Assembly: GCF_009914755.1 (NCBI RefSeq) | Contig: NC_060931.1 | DNA: 64,000 nt | Reading direction: 5' to 3' (one strand) | Source: the human T2T-CHM13v2.0 reference genome, Homo sapiens | Part shown: positions 45,078-60,168 of the stretch, piece by piece | Numbering within the stretch: the stretch's first letter is position 1 | Layout: the number at the start of each line of letters is the position of its first letter | Notes under the pieces: generated by a model | The model's database searches: none | The model's input: the letters and a program-made list of their open reading frames with translations, nothing else | Told to the model about the DNA's origin: nothing | Program-made: the position numbers and the translations under genes

Positions 45078-45360
45078 AGCCAGGCATGGTGGCTCATGCC
45101 TGTAATCCTAACACTTTGGGAGGTCGAGGTGGAAGGATTGCTAGAGCCTGTGAATTCAAGACCAGCCTGGGCAACATGGCAAAATCCCATCTCTACAAAG
45201 AAATACAAAAATTAGCCAGGTATTGTGGCACATGCCTGTAGTCCCAGCTACTCTGGATGCTGAGGAGGGAGGATCTCTTGAGCCCAGAAGGGAAGAGGTT
45301 GCAGTGAGCCAAGATTGTGCCACTGCACTGCCGCCTGGGTGACAGAGCCAGAGCCTTTCA
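45078..45360 (+). mobile_element. Alu (AluJ-like)
   Basis: Dimeric Alu whose tail has become a compound microsatellite. Confidence 0.9.
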
Positions 45361-45389
45361 AGCAAGCAAGCAAGAGGGAAGGAGGGAGA

Positions 45390-45447
<58 letters not shown>

Positions 45448-45572
45448 AAACGGAGAGAGAGGGAGGGAGGGAAGGAAGGAGGGAAAAAGAGAGAAAGAAA
45501 GAGAAATATGAAAGAAAGAAAGAGTAAGGAAGGAAAGAAAGAAGGAAAGAAAGAAAAAGAAAAGAAAGAAAG

Positions 45573-45639
<67 letters not shown>

Positions 45640-45642
45640 AGA
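45361..45642. repeat. compound polypurine microsatellite: (AAGC)n, (GA)25 at 45394-45443, (GGAA/GGGA)n, (GAAA)16 at 45574-45637
   Basis: Direct counts; only 4 pyrimidines in 45372-45642. Confidence 0.95.
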
Positions 45643-47207
45643 TATGAACAATAAAGGAAAGACTCAAAGATGGTTCAGATCTCAAACTTACGGAGAGGGT
45701 AGCTATTGATGCATTGAGAAATAGGAAGCTGGAAGAGGAAATCAGTTTGGAGAGAAAAGTGATGGCTTTGAACATCATCAATGGCGTATTCAAACATAGC
45801 TTGAAGGCATTTGCAGAGACAGGGCTGGTCCTCGGAAGAGATGGCAACGGGGTGTGTAGAGTTAGGTCATCACCACGAGGCTGTGAGGGCAGAGCCACAG
45901 TAGCTTCCATCACCTTGTGAATCACCAGTGCTCAGCCCGTGGCTGGCTGGCCGGATGCCTGCTTATGCTGTGCTCCCGGCTGTCTGGCTGCACACACAAC
46001 CGCAGAGCATGCCCTCTCTGGCTAGGGCAGAAAGAAATTGAAGCCTCTTAAATTTTGCCCCCCCCAGCTTTGCTCCCTTGCTAGGACTTCCAGGCCATGA
46101 CTATTGAAGCCATAGGGCAGGATTACTTCCTCAAGAGGCGTTAGTGGAAACAGATGTGTTGAGGAAGCCTCTTTCTTTTCAACTGTGCCCTGAGCACATC
46201 AGATGGAGTCCTCTTCATAGCACAAAACAACTTGGTCAGATTCTTAGGGTTTGACCACAGCACCCTAACAGCCTGGCCGTGCATTAAGGACCCCAAAGAG
46301 AAGGATCTGCTTTGCCAGAGAGCTGACTCTTCTGTATTTTACAGACAATTCTGAATTCAATGTCAACATCTTAGACATCTCAGTACAGACAGTAAAGAGT
46401 TAAAATATGTCTATAAGAAACAGCGCCAGACCCTGAAATTGAAAGCTCTGTGCCTCCCTGCGTGCAGTCAGTTCCACACTGTCCTCTCTCCCAGTTCTAT
46501 TTAATAAAAAAAACACATGAGTGAAATTTAGGGAAATAAGAATTCCTGAAATTAAAGCAATTAAGTTTTCAGTCAACTGTATGAAAAGCTCTAGACAAAG
46601 AGGTACTTTCTATTTCAAAATATGTATTTCCCAGAAAACCATTACCATATCTAGCTAGAATTTCTACAAAGAATGATTATGAATAAAGTATATATTCAAA
46701 TGCTTCTGGTAATTTAGTCATGGTCAAAGAGGAGAGAAAGGTGATACAAGTGAACTGGCAAAGATTTTACAAGATAGTACATTTTTAAAAATTTTATTTG
46801 CAAGACTGATTTAAATTATCTATAGATGAGCTAAATCTGTCCTATAGATCAATTAAATGAATCACTATTTTAAATATATCACATTCTTAATTACACTGAA
46901 TTAAATATAATTACATATTCACTGCATACATCATAATGTTAATTAGGGGAAACATTTTGAATCAAATATATTGAGATATATAGCACTTCAATTTTCTTTT
47001 TATAAAAAAAGCTATATGACTAAGTCAGGTAAAAAGAATCTGGCAAGTACTCATAGAAAGCTAAAGGAAGACTAGATTAATTGATGTATCACATCAAGGC
47101 TTACAAATTGTAGAGGAATTCCTATTCTTTAACTCTATGACAGTATATAAGACTTTGGGCTAAGGAAGCAAGTTTGCAACAAGTTTTTAAAAAATAATAA
47201 AACAGGA

Positions 47208-47543
47208 GGCAGGGCACGGTGGCTCACACCTGTAATCCCAGCACTTTGGGAAGCCGAGACAGGTGGATCACAAGGTCAGGGGTTCAAGACCAACCTGGCC
47301 AAAATGGTGAAACCCAGTCTCTAATAAAAATACAAAAAAGTTAGCCAGATATGGTGGCGGGCACCTGTAGTCTCAGCTATTCAGGAGGCTGAAGCAGGGA
47401 ATTGCTTGAACCCAGGAGGCGGAGGTTGTAGTGAGCCGAGATCACGCCACTGCACTCCAGCCTCGGCGACAGAGCTAGACTCCATCTCAAAATAAATAAA
47501 TAAATAAAAATTTTAAAAAATAAATAAAATAAATAATAAAACA
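47208..47543 (+). mobile_element. Alu (AluS-like) with (TAAA)n tail
   Basis: Full dimer; TSD-like aaataataaaaca at 47192-47204 and 47531-47543. Confidence 0.92.
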
Positions 47544-47810
47544 CATTGTTTACCATTGTTTCTCAGAGACATACGATTATTTTAGAAGTGGATAAGCCTT
47601 TTTTTTTTATACTTTAAGTTTTAGGATACATGTGCACATTGTGCAGGTTAGTTACATATGTATACATGTGCCATGCTGGTGTGCTGCACCCACTAACTCA
47701 TCATCTAGCATTAGGTATATCTCCCAATGCTATCCCTCCCCCCTCCCCCCACCCCACCACAGTCCCCAGAGTGTGATATTCCCCTTCCTGTGTTCATGTG
47801 ATCTCATTGT

Positions 47811-51623
<3,813 letters not shown>

Positions 51624-51686
51624 TATGATGTTAGCTGGTTATTTTGCTCGTTAGTTGATGCAGTTTCTTCCTAGTCTCAATGGTCT

Positions 51687-52704
51687 TTACATTTTGGCAT
51701 GATTTTGCAGCGGCTGGTACCGGTTGTTCCTTTCCATGTTTAGCGCTTCCTTCAGGAGCTCTTTTAGGGCAGGCCTGGTGGTGACAAAATCTCTCAGCAT
51801 TTGCTTGTCTGTAAAGTATTTTATTTCTCCTTCACTTATGAAGCTTAGTTTGGCTGGATATGAAATTCTGGGTTGAAAATTCTTTTCTTTAAGAATATGG
51901 AATATTGGCCCCCACTCTCTTCTGGCTTGTAGGGTTTCTGCCAAGAGATCCGCTGTTAGTCTGATGGGCTTCCCTTTGAGGGTAACCCGACCTTTCTCTC
52001 TGGCTGCCCTTAACATTTTTTCCTTCATTTCAACTTTGGTGAATCTGACAATTATGTGTCTTGGAGTTGCTCTTCTCAAGGAGTATCTTTGTGGTGTTCT
52101 CTGTATTTCCTGAATCTGAACGTTGGCCTGCCTTGCTAGATTGGGGAAGTTCTCCTGGATAATATCCTGCAGAGTGTTTTCCAACTTGGTTCCATTCTCC
52201 CCATCACTTTCAGGTACACCAATCAGACGTAGATTTGGTCTTTTCACATAGTCCCATATTTCTTGGAGGCTTTGCTCATTTCTTTTTATTCTTTTTTCTC
52301 TAAACTTCCCTTCTCTCTTCATTTCATTCATTTCATCTTCCATTGCTGATACCCTTTCTTCCAGTTGATCGCATCGGCTCCTGAGGCTTCTGCATTCTTC
52401 ACGTAGTTCTCGAGCCTTGGTTTTCAGCTCCATCAGCTCCTTTAAGCACTTCTCTGTATTGGTTATTCTAGTTATACATTCTTCTAAATTTTTTTCAAAG
52501 TTTTCAACTTCTTTTCCTTTGGTTTGAATGTCCTCCCGTAGCTCAGAGTAATTTGATCATCTGAAGCCTTCTTCTCTCAGCTCGCCAAAGTCATTCTCCA
52601 TCCAGCTTTGTTCCGTTGCTGGTGAGGAACTGCGTTCCTTTGGAGGAGGAGAGGCGCTCTGCGTTTTAGAGTTTCCAGTTTTTCTGTTCTGTTTTTTTCC
52701 CCAT
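51687..52704 (-). pseudogene. L1 ORF1, disrupted
   Basis: ATG at 52704 is followed by GGG and A7 (consensus A6, so +1 frameshift). CGA>TGA nonsense at 52557-52559. The C-terminal 248 codons are still open (...LQNHAKM). Confidence 0.93.
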
Positions 52705-52979
52705 CTTTGTGGTTTTATCTACTTTTGGTCTTTGATGATGGTGATGTACAGATGGGTTTTTGGTGTGGATGTCCTTTCTGTTTGTTAGTTTTCCTTCTAA
52801 CAGACAGGACCCTCAGCTGCAAGTCTGTTGGAGTACCCTGCCGTGTGAGGTGTCAGTGTGCCCCTGCTGGGGGGTGCCTCCCAGTTAGGCTGCTCGGGGG
52901 TCAGGGGTCAGGGACCCACTTGAGGAGGCAGTCTGCCCATTCTCAGATCTCCAGCTGCATGCTGGGAGAACCACTGCTC

Positions 52980-53200
52980 TCTTCAAAGCTGTCAGACAGG
53001 GACATTTAAGTCTGCAGAGGTTACTGCTGTCTTTTTGTTTGTCTGTGCCCTGCCCCGAGAGGTGGAGCCTACAGAGGCAGGCAGGCCTCCTTGAGCTCTG
53101 GTGGGCTCCACCCAGTTCTAGCTTCCAGGCTGCTTTGTTTACCTAAGCAAGCCTGGGCAATGGCGGGTGCCCCTCCCCCAGCCTCGCTGCCGCCTTGCGG
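52980..53200 (+). promoter_or_regulatory. L1 antisense promoter (ASP) region, firing in MET sense direction
   Basis: Corresponds to roughly nt 400-600 of the L1 5'UTR, where the ASP is established to lie; position is by homology. Confidence 0.75.
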
Positions 53201-53375
53201 TTTGATCTCAGACTGCTGTGCTAGCAATCAGCGGGACTCCGTGGGCGTAGGACCCTCCGAGCCAGGTGAGGGATATAATCTCGTGGTGCGCCGTTTTTTA
53301 AGCCGGTCCGAAAAGCGCAATATTCGGGTGGGAGTGACCCGATTTTCCAGGTGCGTCTGTCACCCCTTTCTTTGA
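53160..53375 (+). CDS. L1 ORF0, intact 71 aa (MAGAPPPASLPPCGLISDCC...RCVCHPFL)
   Basis: gcaATGG strong Kozak context; matches the primate L1 ORF0 peptide; internal donors CAG|GTGAGG (GT 53266) and CAG|GTGCGT (GT 53351). Confidence 0.85.
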   Translation: MAGAPPPASLPPCGLISDCCASNQRDSVGVGPSEPGEGYNLVVRRFLSRSEKRNIRVGVTRFSRCVCHPFL

Positions 53376-53872
53376 TCCCTGACCCCTTGTGCTTCCCAAG
53401 TGAGGCAATGCCTCGCCCTGCTTCGGCTCGCGCACGGTGCACGCACCCACTGACCTGCGCCCACTGTCTGGCACTCCCTAGTGAGATGAACCCAGTACCT
53501 CAGATGGAAATGCAGAAATCACCCGTCTTCTGCGTCGCTCACGCTGGGAGCTGTAGACCGGAGCTGTTCCTATTCGGCCATCTTGGCTCCGTGGATAAGC
53601 CTTAAAAGGCTCAATACTTTTTAAAAATTTCCTATAAAATCCAGAATCTATCTAGATTTTTGAGCAGCCTGTAGTGGTTGGAGGACCATGATTGTTTACT
53701 CATTTGGTCACCTAAACATCCCAAGCAATGATTTGTTCTGACAGCAGACTGATAACAGTTTTTTTTACTCCTTGGAATCGGAAAAAAAATCAGCAAGGGA
53801 AGCTTTTGGAAGCCACCCGGTAGAGCTGGAAGAGAATTTCGAAATCAATTCGCTCAACCTCTCCCTTTACAG

Positions 53873-53948
53873 GCAGAAAATGTGCTAGATTGGAGGTGAA
53901 GACCCTGGAGCCAGAGAGCCTAGGCTTAGTCCTAGCCCTGCACTGAAG
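53873..53948 (+). other. 76-nt cryptic exon (L1-MET chimeric transcript exon), MIR-derived
   Basis: Acceptor ctcaacctctccctttacag|G with a branch-like ctcaac; donor AAG|gtaatg. Matches my recollection of a 76-nt intron-2 segment in L1-MET transcripts. Confidence 0.75.
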
Positions 53949-54072
53949 GTAATGTGAACACTCAGTGCCTCAGTTTCCTTCTAGGCTTCTTGTTCTGAGA
54001 TTCCATGAATTAATATTTGTAAAATGCTTAGAACTGTGTCTAACACATTGTAAACACTAGGAACAAATGCTA
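53890..54072 (+). mobile_element. MIR SINE
   Basis: 'ctggagccagagagcctaggcttagtcctagccctgc...gtgcctcagtttcct...tgtaaaatgcttagaactgtgtctaacacattgtaa'. Confidence 0.7.
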
Positions 54073-54566
54073 AGGTCATGCAACTCATCAATGCCTCCCT
54101 GGGGTAGAACCAGCCTTGGCCCATGGGCATGCTCATTCTTCTTTTAGACAAGGCTCTTAGGCATCCCTAGAGTGTGGGTTGGCCTTCCTATGCCTGTACG
54201 TAAGAAGTATGATGTAATGTAAGGAATATAGGATTCAAAATCAACAATTAGGATTCAAATGCTAATATTTATTGACTCAACTCTCTGAATCTTAGTTTCT
54301 TCATCTGTAAAATTATAATGATCATAACAAACCCAAGTCACAGACTTGTTCAGAGGAGCAAATGAGATAATGTACTTTGAAAACCATAATCTACTCTGCA
54401 AATGTTATGTAACATTATAATTGTGAGTTCAGCAAAGCCATGAGAATGTTTCAAAACTGTTTAGGACATCAAGAAGTTGGGGTGGGGAAAATTCTTAATA
54501 GGTTTTCTCCATATCCTCATTTTCCATTTATTCATTGTTTTAAAATTTATTTTTCTTATGATATAC

Positions 54567-54597
<31 letters not shown>

Positions 54598-54610
54598 AAA
54601 GAATTATGTA

Positions 54611-55236
54611 CGGTCCTGCATTGCTTGCATTCTGAGAAATGCATGAATAGGCAATTTTGTCATTGTACAAACATCATAGAGTGTACTTATACTAACCTAG
54701 GTGATATAGCCTACTACACACCTAGGCTGTATGGTATGACCTTTTGCTCCTAGGCAACAAACCTGTACAGCATGTTACTCTGCTGAATACTGTAGGCAAT
54801 TGTAACACAATGGTAAGTATTTGTGTATCTAAATATATCTAAAGATATAAATATGTCTTTATAAGTATACAAATATATCTTTAAATATACTAGTATATAT
54901 TTATAGATACAAATGTATAAATATATCTATAGATGTACTAGTATATATATTTATAGACTAGAAAAGGCACAGTACAAATATGATATTATTAGCGGGGTGT
55001 GGTAATTCATGCCTGTAATCCCAGCACTTTGGGAGGCTAAGGTGGGAGAATTGCTTGAGCCCTGGAGTTTGAGGTTACAGTGAGCTACGAACACATCACT
55101 GCACTCCAGCATGGGTGACAGGGGGATACCCTGTCTCTCAAAAAAGAAACTAAAACAATAAGATAGAATCTTATGGGACCACCATAATATATTCAGTCTA
55201 TCACTGATTGAAATGTCATTATGCAGCACATGACTA
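54611..55236 (+). mobile_element. Tigger3a/MER7-like TcMar DNA transposon, with an AT-rich expansion and an Alu monomer inside
   Basis: 'ttctgagaaatgc...tagcctactacacacctaggc...aatcttatgggaccacc...atgcagcacatgact'; degenerate TIRs flanked by TA. Confidence 0.8.
54991..55150 (+). mobile_element. Alu monomer (FRAM/FAM-like)
   Basis: Single arm: gcctgtaatcccagcactttgggagg...cactgcactccagcatgggtgacag...ccctgtctctcaaaaaag. Confidence 0.8.
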
Positions 55237-55238
55237 TA

Positions 55239-55279
<41 letters not shown>

Positions 55280-55328
55280 TATATATACACACACACATGC
55301 ATATACATATGTGTTGTGTGTGTGTGTT

Positions 55329-55381
<53 letters not shown>
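55235..55381. repeat. compound (TA)14-(CA)n-(TG)n-(TA)21 quasi-palindromic microsatellite
   Basis: (TA)14 at 55245-55272 and (TA)21 at 55339-55380, with complementary CA and TG tracts between; another (TA)n(CA)n at ~54565-54597. Confidence 0.95.
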
Positions 55382-55383
<2 letters not shown>

Positions 55384-58300
55384 GATATAAAACAAATACT
55401 CATATCTCTACCACCAGGCTCAAAAAGGGAATATTACCTTTGAAGTCCCCTGAATATCCCATCCTAGCAATATTCCTCCCCCTCCTGGAAAAGTGGGTAA
55501 ACAACAATTGTAAGTCATGTGTTTGTCTTTCCTTTGCCTGTAGTTGCGCTACACAGGTGTGTGCCCAGAAAATATTCTTTATTGGATGCATGGGGTTTCC
55601 TTCTTGACTCAGAGATCTCAAGCTATACGGTATCTTCCTGCAGCCTTATAGTGTCCACCTTATTCTTTGTCACTATTTCCCTTTCCCAGCCAATAAAGCA
55701 CATTACCTCTGTCATTCAAATGAACTCGTAAAGAGAGATTTTAGAAAAGAGCTGGTTCACCTCAGGTTCACCTGAGCAAGGAATGGGTGTCAGTGACTGT
55801 GGAAAGTGGAGCACAGCTGCCAGAGCAGTGCAAGGACCCAAGAAATGGGAGGGTCTTGACTCGGGATAACCACTCTGAGATTCATTGGATGTCCTAGATT
55901 GTCACCTTGCCTTACACCTTAAGGGAGAAAAGGATAAAAAGATAAGGCAGATGTGAAAGCTATACTAAGGAGCTTAGACTTTTCCTGCAGGCCTTTGGGA
56001 AGCAACTGAAGCTTTGAAGAAGGGAATGACAGCTTGAGACTGCTTCAAGGCAGAAGAGATAGGAGACCAGAAGGCCAGTGAGGAAGCACTTAGGCTGGGC
56101 CAGGGGTACAGGTGTGGCTGGAAGGGCTGCCCAGAAGCACCACTGTGGACCAGGCTGAGCAGGACTGAGTGACTGGTTAGATATAGGAAATGCCAGAGAA
56201 AGAGAAGGTGGTGATGACTGAAATTTCAGAGTTACCTAAATGCAAGCATGGTATGTTCATAACCAAAATAGGTAGCAAGGAGAGCTAGGTTTGAGAGCCA
56301 AGCTGATTAGTACAGAATGCGAGTGGTTATCTCTGCTGTTTCCAGAAAATAAAGATTAATTTCAGCCTTAAAGTCAGGGACTTAAATGAGATGATCTCGA
56401 AAGCCCTTTCCATTTTTGTAATTGTGCAATCCTCAGAACGTTGCCCAGAATAGTAAGCAGAAGCAAAAGAAATTCAGGAGTTTGAACATAAGAGAGAGCT
56501 GTTCTCTGATGCCTGCTCCAATGGGAACTGGGCACTGTGACTGAGCCCTCGGCTCACTGAGTCTCCTCCTGAGGAGTGTGATAAAACCTCACAGGGCTGC
56601 TGTGGGTCTTATTATACATGAAAATACCCACCTCAGTGCCTGGCACATTCTGGGTGCAGGAAAAAGTTTGATTTCCTCCCTCCCTTCCTTCCTTCCTTCC
56701 TTTTTCCTCCCTTTGTTACCATAGGAGAGAGTCAGGCTGGTTCCCTGCGGGTGCTGGTGTGAAACCTGCTCTTTAGACTCTTCTGCAGTTCCCCAAAGCA
56801 GCTACTGTCCCAGAGAACTGCTTTCTGCCAGCAATGCTCAGTTTTACCCTAAGACACGATAACTCCTGGCTTTGAGGGAAGCACAGGTAGCAAGGGGACC
56901 CCTGACAGCAAATGTGTAGTTGTTCTTCCAGCTAGGCCCCAGCCCCACCTTAAATGCCACATCCAGGCACTGTGTCTACAGTGCTGAGATAAAGCAACCC
57001 CGTCTTTTCCACACAAATGAGCAGCAAACATATTTGCTGATTATCTTTGAGGGACATAATGAATCAGACTGAGATTTAGTCATATTTGCACAATGCTTTA
57101 CATCTGAGATACTGAAAGCTTAATCCAAGGTTTCCCTGTTAGTTGAAGTCCTACTGTTAGGGCTCAAAGACAGGGTGCAGCTCTGTAAGCCAGTCCCTGA
57201 TGCCTTGATCCCAATCATTGAGTTTATCAGGATTCTCCATAGGAAGACACAAGGAGCACCTCTGCTGCAGCAAATGCTGGAGTGTTAGTTTTTCCTAGAG
57301 GCTAGTGCCTCAACACCTCTTCTGCAGATCTCAGCTATGGAGAAAATGAAAAAGAAAAAGGTTAGAGTCTCCTGGCTTATGAAATTTGAATGCCACTTGA
57401 ACCTGACATATTTATTTTTTAGCTCTAAATCACACAAGATCAAGAAGTTCTGCAGATCCTATTCCAACATTGTGCAATGTCTCTATATTTACAAATTTTA
57501 TTTGATGGGGGGGGCAATAGAGACATAATTTAATCCTATTAGTTCTTGAGGAGATACTATTTAGAGATCTCACTAATTCCTGTCCTGAAGGAGAAGACTT
57601 GAAGTGTGCAATATAAATATTGCATTAACTCTAATACAGAGTTCTACATTTACGCCTTACATGTGTGCAAACAGGTGCACAGAGGCTAAAGTTCTGGTTG
57701 TATTGCTCTCCCTCCATTTACAAAAGATCAGTGAGTTCCTGCTTGCAGATTCTCTGAGGAGACCCTTAGTTTCATCTCCTCTTCATTCTTCTGCTGGCCT
57801 GATTCAGCAAGACCAACCACAAAGCAAACTGAGTAGGCAAATGGGCTTTATCTCTGGTGACTTTGCAGATGCACTAATTTTTCAGCAGGCTGTCATTAAA
57901 TGCCTACTGGGTGCTAGGCATAATACAGGGTCCTGGGGATAAAAGATGATAAGACAATTCCTGTCCTCTTGTTGATAGAAGGCAGGTAGTTTGTGGTCAA
58001 AGACTCTCATTCACACCCACCAGATTGTTTTTATATCCCAGTGAATCCATTATGTCTCTGGCAGCACCACACACCAGGTCAAGTTTGAGGCTTTAAAGTT
58101 CCCAGGATGTCACCTAGACTTAGAGATGAAGAAACACTAACAAAAGAAGAAACAAGACAACCACAAAAACCTGAGCCTGAAGAGCTGCCACCTCTATAAT
58201 GGAATATTTCAAATGGCCTTAGATTTAAAATTGGTCTTTGCTCCTTTAAGCAGATTCCCTTAGCTCTGGCTATCTCTGCAAAATGGATGATTGATCACCA

Positions 58301-59059
58301 ATAGAAACTTAATTATCAATTAATCGGTTGCTATCGAATTGCTGGTACATCTCAGTTATCTGCTACTCCTCAGAGTAATCCATAGTACTTTAGTGAAGAA
58401 ATACTTCTAATTAAACAGGGAAATAGCACTTGCTAATATATCAAAGTAAATGACTAGACCTAAAACATTAGTATTAATTACAAGAGTCAGTGGGTTTAGC
58501 ATCTCTAAGTTTCTATTTGCTAATTTATTGCCACTGAAAATGAAGAAATCGTTGTTGATATATAAAATAGAGCATTTTAGGTGGTTTTTAATCATAAAAG
58601 TCAGTAGATGTAAAAACTCTGGATTGCATGTGGCAGACATTTGACCTTAAGGAATAAGGTCGCTATACAGAAGGATAACTAAACTTTTATTTGTTTGTTC
58701 TTAAACAATAAAATGATTTGAAATATACTTTGATCATTTTGTGATTATTATCATATGGGATGATAATAGAGAATTTCTTACTTCCTAATCATTTTCCTAC
58801 ACTTATAGTTACATACAAAGATGTAATGAAATTTGCTCTCCTTTTCTTCCAAGGTATACATCATTTTCCTTAATACTTTCTCCCGTCCCCATCGTCTACC
58901 CCAGATTTACCAATTCCCAGCTATCTCCTTAGGACAGTCAAGAACCAAATACTCCCATTTGTCCCTTATAAACTCTTTTAACTTCCCCAATTTCTGGAAA
59001 AACAAAAAGCTTTAATAATATAGTTTTATATCTCCATACTCATCCCCCATCTACTTATA

Positions 59060-60060
59060 ATTGATTCACTTGTTCATTCATTCAATTAATATTTACTAAA
59101 CATCTACTATGCATGATAGTTAATCAACTACTGGCAATACCATGGTGAACGAGTAGGGTCCCTGATCGCAGCGAGCTGCTTGGGAGAAGTTTCACATTAT
59201 CTTATAAATCACGCAAGCAAATGTTATGTTGCAGCTTGTAACTATGTTACAGCTATGCTATGGGTACACAGGTAAATGATATTATGAGAATCTACACTAG
59301 AAGCATTTGACTTAGATAGTGGGGTCAGGGCAGGCCTCCTGAAGAAATGGTGATAAGCTAAGATCTGAAGGAGATGTAGGAGTTAACAAGGTGAATGAAG
59401 GTGGAAGGAGCATTTCAAGCCGGGAAATAGCATCTGCAGAGGCCCTTAATGGGAGAACACGTGACATATTTGGAGCGCTGAAAGAAGGCCTGCTCGCTGG
59501 AGCACTAAGAACACAGATCTGGAGAAGTTGGGCAGGGGCCGGATGATGGGAAGGGAGCCATACAGTCCATGTTAAAAAAATGTTGTTCTTTATCCTAACA
59601 GCAATGGGGAAGCATTGAGTGTTTTAAATAGAGAGGGATATGGTCAGATTTGTGTTTGAAAAAGAAAATCCTGCTGCAGTGTGAAGAACAGATCACCTGG
59701 CAAGGGTAACAGTGGATGTGGTGGGTCTAGTTAAGAAGCCGCCGCAGTAGTCCAGGAAGGAATGAGGTGGCTAGGATGAAAATTGGGAGGAAGGGCATGA
59801 AGGAGAAGACTGGATGGGTCTAGGAGGCATTTAGAAATGAAATTGTTGGGAATTGGTGATGGACTGTATATGGGGGCGGAGGGAGAGGGAGGAATTGGAG
59901 ATGACACTTAGATTTCTGACTTGTGCACCTGGAGGAATGGTAGAGCCATTCACTGAGGTGTGTAGTGTCCTAAGGTCAGGCAGGAGGAAGATTGTGGTTT
60001 CTAGGATGGGCATGTTGTTGAATCTGAGGTCTCTGAGACATGTGAATGGAGATACTTGAG
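59060..60060 (-). mobile_element. L2 LINE fragment
   Basis: 'ttcattcattcaattaatattttactaaacatctactatg' 3' signature and a long purine-rich L2 reverse-strand body. Confidence 0.75.
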
Positions 60061-60087
60061 TGATGTTATCTACAAGTGCTGGGCTCT

Positions 60088-60168
60088 TTGTTTGTTTGTT
60101 TTGTTTTTATTGCGTGGGAGGTCTTCCAGAAAACCTGCTAGACAAATTCTAAAAGAAATATAACACTC
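60088..60168 (-). pseudogene. U7 snRNA processed pseudogene (retrocopy)
   Basis: Minus strand reads AGTGTTATATTTCTTTTAGAATTTGTCTAGCAGGTTTTCTGGAAGACCTCCC, with the U7-specific Sm site AATTTGTCTAG intact. A-rich tail; TSD tgctgggctct (60077-60087) / tgctgggttct (60170-60180). Confidence 0.88.

Noticed and set aside
45248-45925. 225-aa and other low-complexity ORFs (also 54951-55607 and 5904-6328)
   Set aside because: Translations of microsatellites and Alu sequence.
46005-46025. CTCF-like motif (minus strand GCCAGAGAGGGCA)
   Set aside because: One base short of the core spacing CCASYAGRKGGC; not supportable without ChIP data.
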